Source of the DNA: Acidimicrobiia bacterium
Lineage (GTDB): Bacteria; Acidobacteriota; Vicinamibacteria; Vicinamibacterales; SCN-69-37
Assembly: GCA_045862915.1 (NCBI GenBank)
Contig: BTVE01000009.1
Location: 20,670-84,669, forward strand
Length of the DNA stretch: 64,000 bases
Reading direction: 5' to 3'
Shown: positions 57,354-64,000 of the stretch, piece after piece
How the letters are laid out: the number at the start of each line of letters is the position of its first letter
Numbering within the stretch: position 1 is the stretch's first letter
Translations under genes and position numbers: made by a program
Notes under the pieces: model-generated
Database searches by the model: none
Told to the model about the DNA's origin: nothing
Seen by the model: the letters and a program-made list of their open reading frames with translations, nothing else

Positions 57354-57480
57354 AATCTCGCCGGGATGTCCCCGGCGGCCAGTCACCGGCCCGCAGCTTG
57401 TCAGGCCTGCAGCGGGAGGCCGGTGACCGTAACCCGCAGGTCTGGAGCCCGCCGGGGCTCGTTGGCGAAAGGACGAAGCG

Positions 57481-58443
57481 ATGTTGTGGAAGAATTTTCA
57501 GCGGCCGAAGCGGCTTGAGTTCGAACGGGAGACCCTGACCGACCGGTTTGGCCGGTTCACGGCGCAGCCGTTCGAGCGCGGATTCGGCACGACCGTCGGC
57601 AACGCGATGCGTCGCGTGCTGCTGTCATCGATCGAAGGCGCCGCAGTCACGGCCGTCAAGGTCGAAGGCGTGCTCCACGAGTTCTCCCCCATCCAGGGCG
57701 TGGTCGAGGACGCGACGGACCTGATCCTCAACCTCAAGCAGATCCCGCTCAAGGTGCACACCGATCAGCCCAAGACGTTGACCGTCCGTGTGACCAAGCC
57801 GGGCGAAGTGCGCGCCAAGGACATCCAGGTGGACGCGGACGTCGAAATCCTCGAACCCGAAGCGCACATCGCGACGGTGAGCGAGGGCGGCAAGCTCGAG
57901 ATGGAACTGCGCGTCAAGCGCGGTCGCGGCTACGTGTCGGCCGACAAGAACTTCGACGAGGACCTCGGCATCGGCTGGATCCCGATTGATTCGGTGCACT
58001 CGCCGATCAAGAAGGTGAACTACGTCGTCGAAGCGGCGCGTGTCGGCCAGACCACCGACTACGACAAGCTCACGCTTGAAGTGTGGTCCAACGGCGCGGT
58101 CACGCCGCACGACGCGGTGTCGCTGGCAGCGAAGCTGATTCGCGACCACTTCTCGATCTTCGTGAGCCTGGAAGACGCCGGCGAGTCGGCGTTTGACGCA
58201 AGCGGCGATGCGCCGAGTTCGTCGGGCAACGAACACCTCGACAAGAGCGTCGAGGAGCTCGAGCTGTCGGTGCGGTCGTACAACTGCCTGAAGAACGCGA
58301 ACATCCGGACGATTCGCGAGCTGGTGCAGAAGAGCGAGGGCGAGATGCTGAAGACGAAGAACTTCGGCCGCAAGTCCCTCAATGAGATCAAGGAAATCCT
58401 GACCACCATGGGCCTCAGCCTCGGCATGCGGCTGGACGGCTGA
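57481..58443 (+). CDS. rpoA: DNA-directed RNA polymerase subunit alpha
   Basis: [27 protein letters not shown]... and the C-terminal domain [24 protein letters not shown]. Confidence 0.97.
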   Translation: MLWKNFQRPKRLEFERETLTDRFGRFTAQPFERGFGTTVGNAMRRVLLSSIEGAAVTAVKVEGVLHEFSPIQGVVEDATDLILNLKQIPLKVHTDQPKTLTVRVTKPGEVRAKDIQVDADVEILEPEAHIATVSEGGKLEMELRVKRGRGYVSADKNFDEDLGIGWIPIDSVHSPIKKVNYVVEAARVGQTTDYDKLTLEVWSNGAVTPHDAVSLAAKLIRDHFSIFVSLEDAGESAFDASGDAPSSSGNEHLDKSVEELELSVRSYNCLKNANIRTIRELVQKSEGEMLKTKNFGRKSLNEIKEILTTMGLSLGMRLDG

Positions 58444-58477
58444 TCAGGACACAGCAGAACGGAACGAGAGCGAGAGT

Positions 58478-59074
58478 ATGCGTCACCGAGTCGCACATCG
58501 AAAACTGGGCCGCGTCACCGAGCACCGCATCGCGATGCTCCGGAACCAGGCGTCGGACCTCATCAAGTACGGGCACATCCAGACGACCGTCGCGCGTGGC
58601 AAGGAACTGCGCCCGTTCGTCGAGCGGCTGATCACCATCGCCAAGCGCACGCTGGGTGAAGGCGAGAAGTCGATCAAGTCGGTCAACGCGCGCCGCATGG
58701 TCGCCGTCGACATCGTCGACAAGCGCGTCGTCAAGACGTTGTTCACCGACATCGCGCCGCGGTACGCGGAACGTAAAGGTGGATACACGCGCCTGCTGCG
58801 CATGGGTTACCGCCGCGGTGACAGCGCCGAAGTCGCAGTCATCGAGCTGCTCGGCAGCGAATACGACCCGAACGCCGAGGTCAAGGCAACAAAGGACGCC
58901 GAAGCTGCGGGTGACGGCGCTGAGAAGCCGAAGAAGAGCGTTGGCGCGCGTCTGCGTCAGGCCATCGGCGGCGGCAGCCGCGCGAAGGAAAGCGGCGGCG
59001 CCAAGAAGGCCGACAAAACCGCCAAGGGCGGCAAGCGCGTCAACACGCCGCGCAAGGCTGGCGGCGGGTCGTAG
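58478..59074 (+). CDS. rplQ: 50S ribosomal protein L17 with a ~70-aa Lys/Ala/Gly-rich C-terminal extension
   Basis: MRHRVAHRKLGRVTEHRIAMLRN...GGYTRLLRMGYRRGD, then a KATKDAEAAGDGAEKPKK...KGGKRVNTPRKAGGGS tail. Confidence 0.96.
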   Translation: MRHRVAHRKLGRVTEHRIAMLRNQASDLIKYGHIQTTVARGKELRPFVERLITIAKRTLGEGEKSIKSVNARRMVAVDIVDKRVVKTLFTDIAPRYAERKGGYTRLLRMGYRRGDSAEVAVIELLGSEYDPNAEVKATKDAEAAGDGAEKPKKSVGARLRQAIGGGSRAKESGGAKKADKTAKGGKRVNTPRKAGGGS

Positions 59075-59154
59075 TTCCGGGGTTCCGTGGTTCCGGGGTT
59101 CCGTGGTTCCGGGGTTCCGGGGTTCCGGGGTTCCGGGGTTCCGGGGTTCCGAAG
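59075..59154 (+). repeat. Octanucleotide tandem repeat (TTCCGGGG/TTCCGTGG, 10 units) forming a G-quadruplex motif
   Basis: It starts at the base after the rplQ TAG. There are 7 GGGG and 2 GTGG tracts spaced by TTCC. The last five GGGG tracts are consecutive (59111-59146). Confidence 0.9.
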
Positions 59155-59159
59155 TAATG

Positions 59160-59200
59160 AAGGGGCCGGTGGCGAAAGCTGCCGGCCCTTTGTCTTTCTT
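59160..59200 (+). terminator. Intrinsic terminator of the ribosomal super-operon; copy 1 of a 32-nt repeat
   Basis: AAGGGGCCGGTGGC-GAAA-GCTGCCGGCCCTTT forms a 14-bp stem with G-U wobbles and a GNRA-type loop, followed by GTCTTTCTT. Confidence 0.75.
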
Positions 59201-59339
59201 GTTACCCTAAGTGTTGTCTAAGTGTCTTCGTGGACTCCTGTGTCTCACGACCACCGTCCACGTAGAATGCTAGGCCGGTTGATCATTGCTTGCTACCACA
59301 GGACTCCCATGCTAAGGTCTGACCGGGAGACAAGAGACA

Positions 59340-60461
59340 ATGAGCAGCGCTCTTCGCTGGTCCAGAGTGGCTTTGGCTGCTTGCCTTGGCTTGTATTTCG
59401 CTGCCACGCCGGGCAGCCTCAATGCGGTCTCGACGGCTGGTTCTTCGGCTCAGCGTGTCGAGGGAGCCACGTGCCAGCAAGACTTGTGTGAAATTGTTCT
59501 GACAGCGGTGACTAAGTTGCCGGAGGGGGCGCATCGCCTGCATCGCCCTGCGCTCAACGTGGTCGCTGATCCGAGCGGCAACTTCTATGTGCGCAGCGCC
59601 GACGAACGTCAAGTTGTGGTGTTCGACGGGGCGGGTCGCCAGGTGGGTACGCTCGCGGTTCCTGTGGAAGGACAGCGAATCGGCCTTCGCCTCGTCCCCG
59701 TTATCGGTGGGACCGTGCTGGCTTGGGTCGGAGCCTCCGGTGCAGGCTTCGAGCTGTTACCGAACCTGACAGCTCGCGCTTGGAAAGGCGCGATGCCGTT
59801 TCTGCCGGTATATGTCGGCAGCGATCGCTCCATGATCGTCTCGCAGCAAATCAGGACACCTCAGCAGGTCGGGTTTCCGATCCACCTCGTTGGCGCAGAC
59901 GGGACGGTGCTTCGGTCGTTTGGCTCAGACGTCGCTGAATATCGAGCCGACCTGCGGCTGCTTCTGGAAAGAGTAGTGGCACCAGGAACGAACGGACTCC
60001 TTTGGGCGATTCCCAAGGGACGCTACTCGATCGAGCGTTGGGATCCAACTACCGGTAAGTTGATCGGAAGGGTGTCAGTCAAATCAAATTGGTTTGTTGA
60101 ATCAAAGACATTTCGCGTGGACACCAACACAAAGCCGAACGCGGTGATTGAAGGCATTTGGGAGGACGGTGGCGTGGTCTGGACGCTCATTAGGGATGGG
60201 GCCAACGACTGGAAGCCTACAGTCAAGCCTGAGCAGTCATGGAGCGTTAGAGATTACAACTCCGAGCATGACTGGGTGCTTGAAGCGGTGAATGGGACTA
60301 CTGGGGAGGTTCTTGCCAGTCGCCGTGTTCCGCACGCTCTGTCTCGAGTTGGAGTTGGACCACTCGTGGCTTCGTATGCCCTGACGCAGGCGGGCGAAGC
60401 CGATGGGCTCGCGATTTGGCGGCCCGAAGTGCGTCGGAGAGGAACTCAGTCATGGCAGTAG
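59340..60461 (+). CDS. Secreted hypothetical protein (373 aa), lower-GC islet
   Basis: Signal peptide MSSALRWSRVALAACLGLYFAATPGSLNA. GGGAGA lies upstream. Repetitive beta-strand-like segments suggest a possible propeller, which is unproven. Many A/T-ending codons, unlike the flanking genes. Confidence 0.6.
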   Translation: MSSALRWSRVALAACLGLYFAATPGSLNAVSTAGSSAQRVEGATCQQDLCEIVLTAVTKLPEGAHRLHRPALNVVADPSGNFYVRSADERQVVVFDGAGRQVGTLAVPVEGQRIGLRLVPVIGGTVLAWVGASGAGFELLPNLTARAWKGAMPFLPVYVGSDRSMIVSQQIRTPQQVGFPIHLVGADGTVLRSFGSDVAEYRADLRLLLERVVAPGTNGLLWAIPKGRYSIERWDPTTGKLIGRVSVKSNWFVESKTFRVDTNTKPNAVIEGIWEDGGVVWTLIRDGANDWKPTVKPEQSWSVRDYNSEHDWVLEAVNGTTGEVLASRRVPHALSRVGVGPLVASYALTQAGEADGLAIWRPEVRRRGTQSWQ

Positions 60462-60970
60462 TTAGACGCGGTTTCGTCGGCGTGTTTACTGTGGCACTCA
60501 TCGTTGCGATTGCAATTCCATCCTTGTCGAAGGATGCGATCGCGTCTTCCGTCGTGCTCAACGCGGAGCTGAGTTCTGGAGTCAGTTGCGATATCGACTG
60601 CGGCGAGCAATACTGCGATGGCGGCTATCACGATGCTTGGGAGACTCACCCTAACTTCTACTTTTGGACGCGGAACGGCGGAGTGCATACGGGCGTCGAT
60701 GATTGCCGTGCCGGCACTTGTGACACCATGCATGGCCCTTGGTGCAATCCGATGGAAGAAGACCGTCCAGACATGGACGCCATCCGGAAGTACTCTAGGG
60801 ACTCTGATGCGCAGTCAATCGCAGCGGTGGTGAGTCGGGATCCGCGCGTGACGTTCAACAGCGATCGGTCGGCGGTACAGGTGATCGACTGCAAGGGAAG
60901 TGTCGTCATGCATCTGCCCGTTCGATTCCAAGTAGCGAGGCGTGTCGCGTCTCTGCTAAACGCGAACTAG
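60452..60970 (+). CDS. Small secreted Cys-rich hypothetical protein (172 aa)
   Basis: The ATG at 60452 gives MAVVRRGFVGVFTVALIVAIAIPSLS (a signal or anchor). The mature part has 8 Cys, including SCDIDCGEQYCDGG and DDCRAGTCDTMHGPWCNP. It overlaps the upstream gene by 10 nt. Confidence 0.55.
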   Translation: MAVVRRGFVGVFTVALIVAIAIPSLSKDAIASSVVLNAELSSGVSCDIDCGEQYCDGGYHDAWETHPNFYFWTRNGGVHTGVDDCRAGTCDTMHGPWCNPMEEDRPDMDAIRKYSRDSDAQSIAAVVSRDPRVTFNSDRSAVQVIDCKGSVVMHLPVRFQVARRVASLLNAN

Positions 60971-60992
60971 AGCGAGCCGAATCGTGGTTGCT

Positions 60993-61030
60993 ATCGCAGA
61001 CGCACGGCTGTTAGGTCGGGCGTCTGCGAT
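60993..61030 (+). terminator. Stem-loop after the Cys-rich ORF (possible terminator or attenuator, no T-run)
   Basis: ATCGCAGACGC, 16 nt, GCGTCTGCGAT is a perfect 11-bp inverted repeat. Confidence 0.35.
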
Positions 61031-61088
61031 GTGACCTGCGGTGCGAATCTAGCTTCCATTAGTCGCGATAGCATCGAGGAAACAGGTC

Positions 61089-63533
61089 TTGGATTTGCGG
61101 TATGTGGTTCGGAGACTCAGGAACCGGCCATTTCGGACCTTCCTGTGCATTCTGGTCCTTTCACTGGGTGCAGGTGGAGCCTCAGCGACCCATGCGGTCG
61201 TTCGTCACATCCTCACACCGGAGCATCCCTGGCCAGCGGCCCATGAGTTGTTTGTGGTACACCGCGTGGCCCTCGGCCTACGAAACAACCCAGCATACGC
61301 GGATTCCTGGGACCGGCAGCCCCTCTCTTGGATGGACTGGGAGCAAATCAGGGCGCTCGGTACGTTTGAGACTGTCGGGGCGTGGAGCGCGACTCAACAG
61401 ATTGTCCGGACCGAGCAGTCAGAAGCCGTCGATGCCGCTTACGCATCGAGCAGCTATTTCTCGGTATTGGGTATAGCCCCGGCGCTCGGCCGGACGTTTA
61501 CGGACGAGGATGACTCTGAAAGCACCGATAACGTCATTCTGACTCACCTCGCGTGGCGTCGCTACTTCGGCGGCAGAGAGGACGTCGTTGGCCAGCGCCT
61601 CACGCTCGCTTCGCACCCGGATGCGGCTGGCCGGCCGATGGTAGTCGTCGGGGTACTGGGGCCAAGCGTCAGCTTTCCAGGGCACGCTCCAGAGTTGCTC
61701 CTGCCTCTCGGGCACCTCGCCTACGCAGGGACTTTTCCTGAGAACCGGCTGTTAAGATTGCTCGGTCGTCTGCGGCCAGGCGTTTCGGTTTCGAGTGTCG
61801 AGTCTCTGGCACCCTTCGTTGTTGGAGAGGGGGCGACGCCGGGGGGGAAGAGCGCGAGGCTTGTCGATCTGGACAGTGAGCTTAGCGGTCGTCTGCACAC
61901 GCCAATGTCGATACTGTTCGGAGGTTCGGTCCTGCTATTGGTTCTGGCGTGTTCGAGTGTTGGTGGCATCCTCTTGGTCGACATGAGACAGCGCCGAGGT
62001 GAGACCGCCATTCAACTTGCGCTCGGGGCGAGTGGCAGTCGGCTTTTGCGGCAGTTTCTTGGAGAAACTCTTGTGATCGGCGCACTGGCGGTGATTGGGG
62101 GCACCGCCTTGGGTGTGTGGTTAACTGAAGTTCTGGCTATCGTCGCCCCGAAGCAGCTTCAGTCGTTTGGGGCCATCAGACTCGACCCGGTAGTCGTCCT
62201 CCTGATTTGCTGCGCGTTGGTAGGGATACTCGCGGTATTTGCGGTGGTGGTGTCATTCCAGGAGATCTTCGCCAAGCTGAGGCCTGCCGCCTCAGGCCAG
62301 TTTCAACGGTGTGTCGTCGCTGGTCAAGTGGCGTTCGCAGTTTTCCTAGTCAGCACCGCAGCAATGTTCGGACATGCTTTCCTTGCTCTTCGGTCCGCGC
62401 CACTTGGATTCGAGCCACAGGGGGTCGCGCTGGCCCAGATCAGGTTGGTTCACGCCTCTCGAGTCGTCGACATTATGCAGAGGGGTTCGCTCGATAGCCG
62501 TGTGGAAAGCATTGGAAGTCGAAGCGCCGCGTTGGCCAGGTCTGCCGGAGCCTGGAGGCAGACCGCTGCGCTGTTGAGCCGGATCGAGGCGCTCCCAGGC
62601 GTCACGGCCGCAGCGGCATCCAGCAACGTTCCATTCTCAGCCATCACGTCCAGGTTCGTCCCCTTCAGTCTGGAAGGGGATAACGATGGCGTGGACCATA
62701 CGTTTCTGACGCGGATCGTCAGCGAGAGGTACTTCGAGGTACTACGAGTGCCCCTTGAATCCGGACGAGTGTTCTCGCCGGAGGATCGATCGATCGCCGC
62801 TCCACAACCAGTCGTGGTCTCAAGCGCGGCACAAACACGCTCCAAGAAGTTTGAACAACCTGGAGCACGACTGTCCACCATCGCTGGTGGTTATCCTCAC
62901 ATTGTTGTCGGCGTGGTTGGACACAGCCGGGAGCGCCCCGTCACGATCAATAGCAGCGAACCCCCGGCCATGTATTTTCTCAACCTCCGGCCGGATCAGG
63001 TGAGGTACCTTCTGGTGCGCGTTTCCGGGAATGTTTCGACAATGCTCCCGGCGCTCCGCGAGGCAATCGAAGAGTTCGATCCCGGTATCAAGGTCATGAG
63101 CACTGCTTCACTCGCTACGATCGTCGATGATTCGGTTGCTGGCGAGCGCTTTCGTGCTGCTCTGTCATCGATTTTCGGGGGTTGTGCTCTCGTGCTGGCA
63201 GCGATCGGATTGTTTGGTCTGGCAGTTGAACGCGTGGCGCAAAGGCAGAGTGAACTTGCTATTCGTGCCGCTCTAGGTGCTCCGCGTGAAGCCCTTAGTT
63301 GGTTGATAGTGAGAGAGACCGGGCTCACAGCGCTAGTTGGTACGGCGATAGGGCTGGCAGCATCGGTAGCTCTTTCGATTCTGGCTCGGGCGTTGATGCA
63401 TGACGTTACAACGTTGCCTCTTGGATTTCTCGCGCTCGTAGTGGTAGCGACTCTGGCCACCTGTGCGCTCGCTATTGCCGGCCCGGCTTGGAGGGCTGGC
63501 CGCGTCGAGGCCGCTCGCCTCGTTTTGCGGTGA
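61089..63533 (+). CDS. Duplicated FtsX/MacB-type ABC permease without a cognate ATPase (ADOP-like)
   Basis: 814 aa. N-terminal DLRYVVRRLRNRPFRTFLCILVLSLGAG. There are two FtsX-type 3-TM bundles, each preceded by a large periplasmic domain (MRQRRGETAIQLALGASGSRLL and VAQRQSELAIRAALGAPREAL). TTG start is uncertain. Confidence 0.8.
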   Translation: MDLRYVVRRLRNRPFRTFLCILVLSLGAGGASATHAVVRHILTPEHPWPAAHELFVVHRVALGLRNNPAYADSWDRQPLSWMDWEQIRALGTFETVGAWSATQQIVRTEQSEAVDAAYASSSYFSVLGIAPALGRTFTDEDDSESTDNVILTHLAWRRYFGGREDVVGQRLTLASHPDAAGRPMVVVGVLGPSVSFPGHAPELLLPLGHLAYAGTFPENRLLRLLGRLRPGVSVSSVESLAPFVVGEGATPGGKSARLVDLDSELSGRLHTPMSILFGGSVLLLVLACSSVGGILLVDMRQRRGETAIQLALGASGSRLLRQFLGETLVIGALAVIGGTALGVWLTEVLAIVAPKQLQSFGAIRLDPVVVLLICCALVGILAVFAVVVSFQEIFAKLRPAASGQFQRCVVAGQVAFAVFLVSTAAMFGHAFLALRSAPLGFEPQGVALAQIRLVHASRVVDIMQRGSLDSRVESIGSRSAALARSAGAWRQTAALLSRIEALPGVTAAAASSNVPFSAITSRFVPFSLEGDNDGVDHTFLTRIVSERYFEVLRVPLESGRVFSPEDRSIAAPQPVVVSSAAQTRSKKFEQPGARLSTIAGGYPHIVVGVVGHSRERPVTINSSEPPAMYFLNLRPDQVRYLLVRVSGNVSTMLPALREAIEEFDPGIKVMSTASLATIVDDSVAGERFRAALSSIFGGCALVLAAIGLFGLAVERVAQRQSELAIRAALGAPREALSWLIVRETGLTALVGTAIGLAASVALSILARALMHDVTTLPLGFLALVVVATLATCALAIAGPAWRAGRVEAARLVLR

Positions 63534-63567
63534 TACCAGGAGGTCGGAAGGCCAACAATATGACCGA

Positions 63568-63606
63568 AAGGGGCCGGTGGCGAAAGCTGCCGGCCCTTTT
63601 CCTTTT
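63568..63606 (+). terminator. Intrinsic terminator; copy 2 of the 32-nt repeat
   Basis: AAGGGGCCGGTGGCGAAAGCTGCCGGCCCTTT is identical to 59160-59191, followed by TCCTTTTCC. Confidence 0.75.
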
Positions 63607-63664
63607 CCGAACACTCCGCGCGCTCCGTGGCTCCCGTGCAACGGTGTTGAACGATAATTCCCCG

Positions 63665-64000
63665 GTGACACTACCCCCGCTTTCAGAGTTCATTGCCGCG
63701 CGTGCGCGGATGGAACCCCACGTCAAACACACACCGCTCCTGACGTCGCGGGTGCTGTCCGAGAAGACCGGCTACGACGTGCGGCTGAAGGCCGAGTTGT
63801 TTCAGCGGACGGGGTCGTACAAAATTCGCGGTCCGCTGAACAAGTTCACCTTTCTGACAGACGAGCAGAAACGGCGCGGTGTGATTTGTTCTTCCGCCGG
63901 CAATCACGCGCAGGGTGTTGCCCTGGCGGCGAGAATTCACGGCATCCGCGCGGTGGTTGCGATGGCCGAAAATGCCACGCCCTCAAAGATCGCGGCTACG
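63665..64000 (+). CDS. Threonine ammonia-lyase / PLP-dependent dehydratase, 3'-truncated by the window edge
   Basis: My translation is TLPPLSEFIAARARMEPHVKHTPLLTSRVLSEKTGYDVRLKAELFQRTGSYKIRGPLNKF...VICSSAGNHAQGVALAA, with the PLP-lysine motif SYKIRG. Start uncertain (GTG 63665, 63644, or TTG 63647). Confidence 0.8.
   Translation, partial: MTLPPLSEFIAARARMEPHVKHTPLLTSRVLSEKTGYDVRLKAELFQRTGSYKIRGPLNKFTFLTDEQKRRGVICSSAGNHAQGVALAARIHGIRAVVAMAENATPSKIAAT

Noticed and set aside
59075-59154. Possible CRISPR array or coding Gly/Pro-rich repeat.
   Set aside because: The unit is only 8 nt, there are no spacers and no cas genes in the window, and an 8-nt period cannot maintain a reading frame.
63683-63940. 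85-aa minus-strand ORF.
   Set aside because: It is antisense to the clearly recognisable PLP-dependent threonine-dehydratase-like frame (SYKIRG, SAGNHAQG) on the plus strand.

Overview
This is a high-GC (roughly 63-68% by hand counts) bacterial chromosomal window. The phylum is probably Acidobacteriota; that is an inference from an ADOP-type duplicated orphan FtsX permease and a BlaR1-TonB_C fusion, not a proven assignment.

Layout:
(1) 1-6760: the 3' part of rpoB plus complete rpoC, ending in a hairpin repeat and an intrinsic terminator.
(2) 6761-40547: about 33.8 kb of accessory genes separating rpoC from rpsL.
- A decayed Phd/VapC toxin-antitoxin module.
- A secreted, internally duplicated protein.
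- An intact VapBC module.
- A family-B DNA polymerase translationally coupled to a TlpA/DsbD thiol-reductase pair, downstream of fkbM, blaR1 and blaI.
- A bla-divergon-like arrangement: blaI-blaR1 diverging from an amber-interrupted MFS gene plus a serine hydrolase, with a 17-5-17 operator dyad between them.
- A five-gene operon of PAS kinase, response regulator, hybrid kinase, thioredoxin-like protein and MFS transporter.
- An uncharacterised envelope-modification-type locus: a fused membrane/spermidine-synthase-like protein, three secreted paralogues, three polytopic membrane proteins (one with a GT-C-like signature), a Ppm1-like GT2 and a B12-radical-SAM enzyme.
(3) 40548-59074: an uninterrupted str-S10-spc-alpha ribosomal super-operon of 34 genes from rpsL to rplQ. 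It has no tuf gene and carries a divergent infA.
(4) 59075-63606: an octanucleotide G4-forming tandem repeat, then a lower-GC islet of about 4.4 kb bracketed by a perfect 32-nt direct repeat of a terminator hairpin. The islet encodes two secreted proteins and an orphan permease.
(5) 63665-64000: the 5' part of a threonine-dehydratase-like gene.

I saw no rRNA, tRNA, CRISPR array, transposase or integrase. All functional calls rest on motif recognition in the supplied translations; no database search was run.
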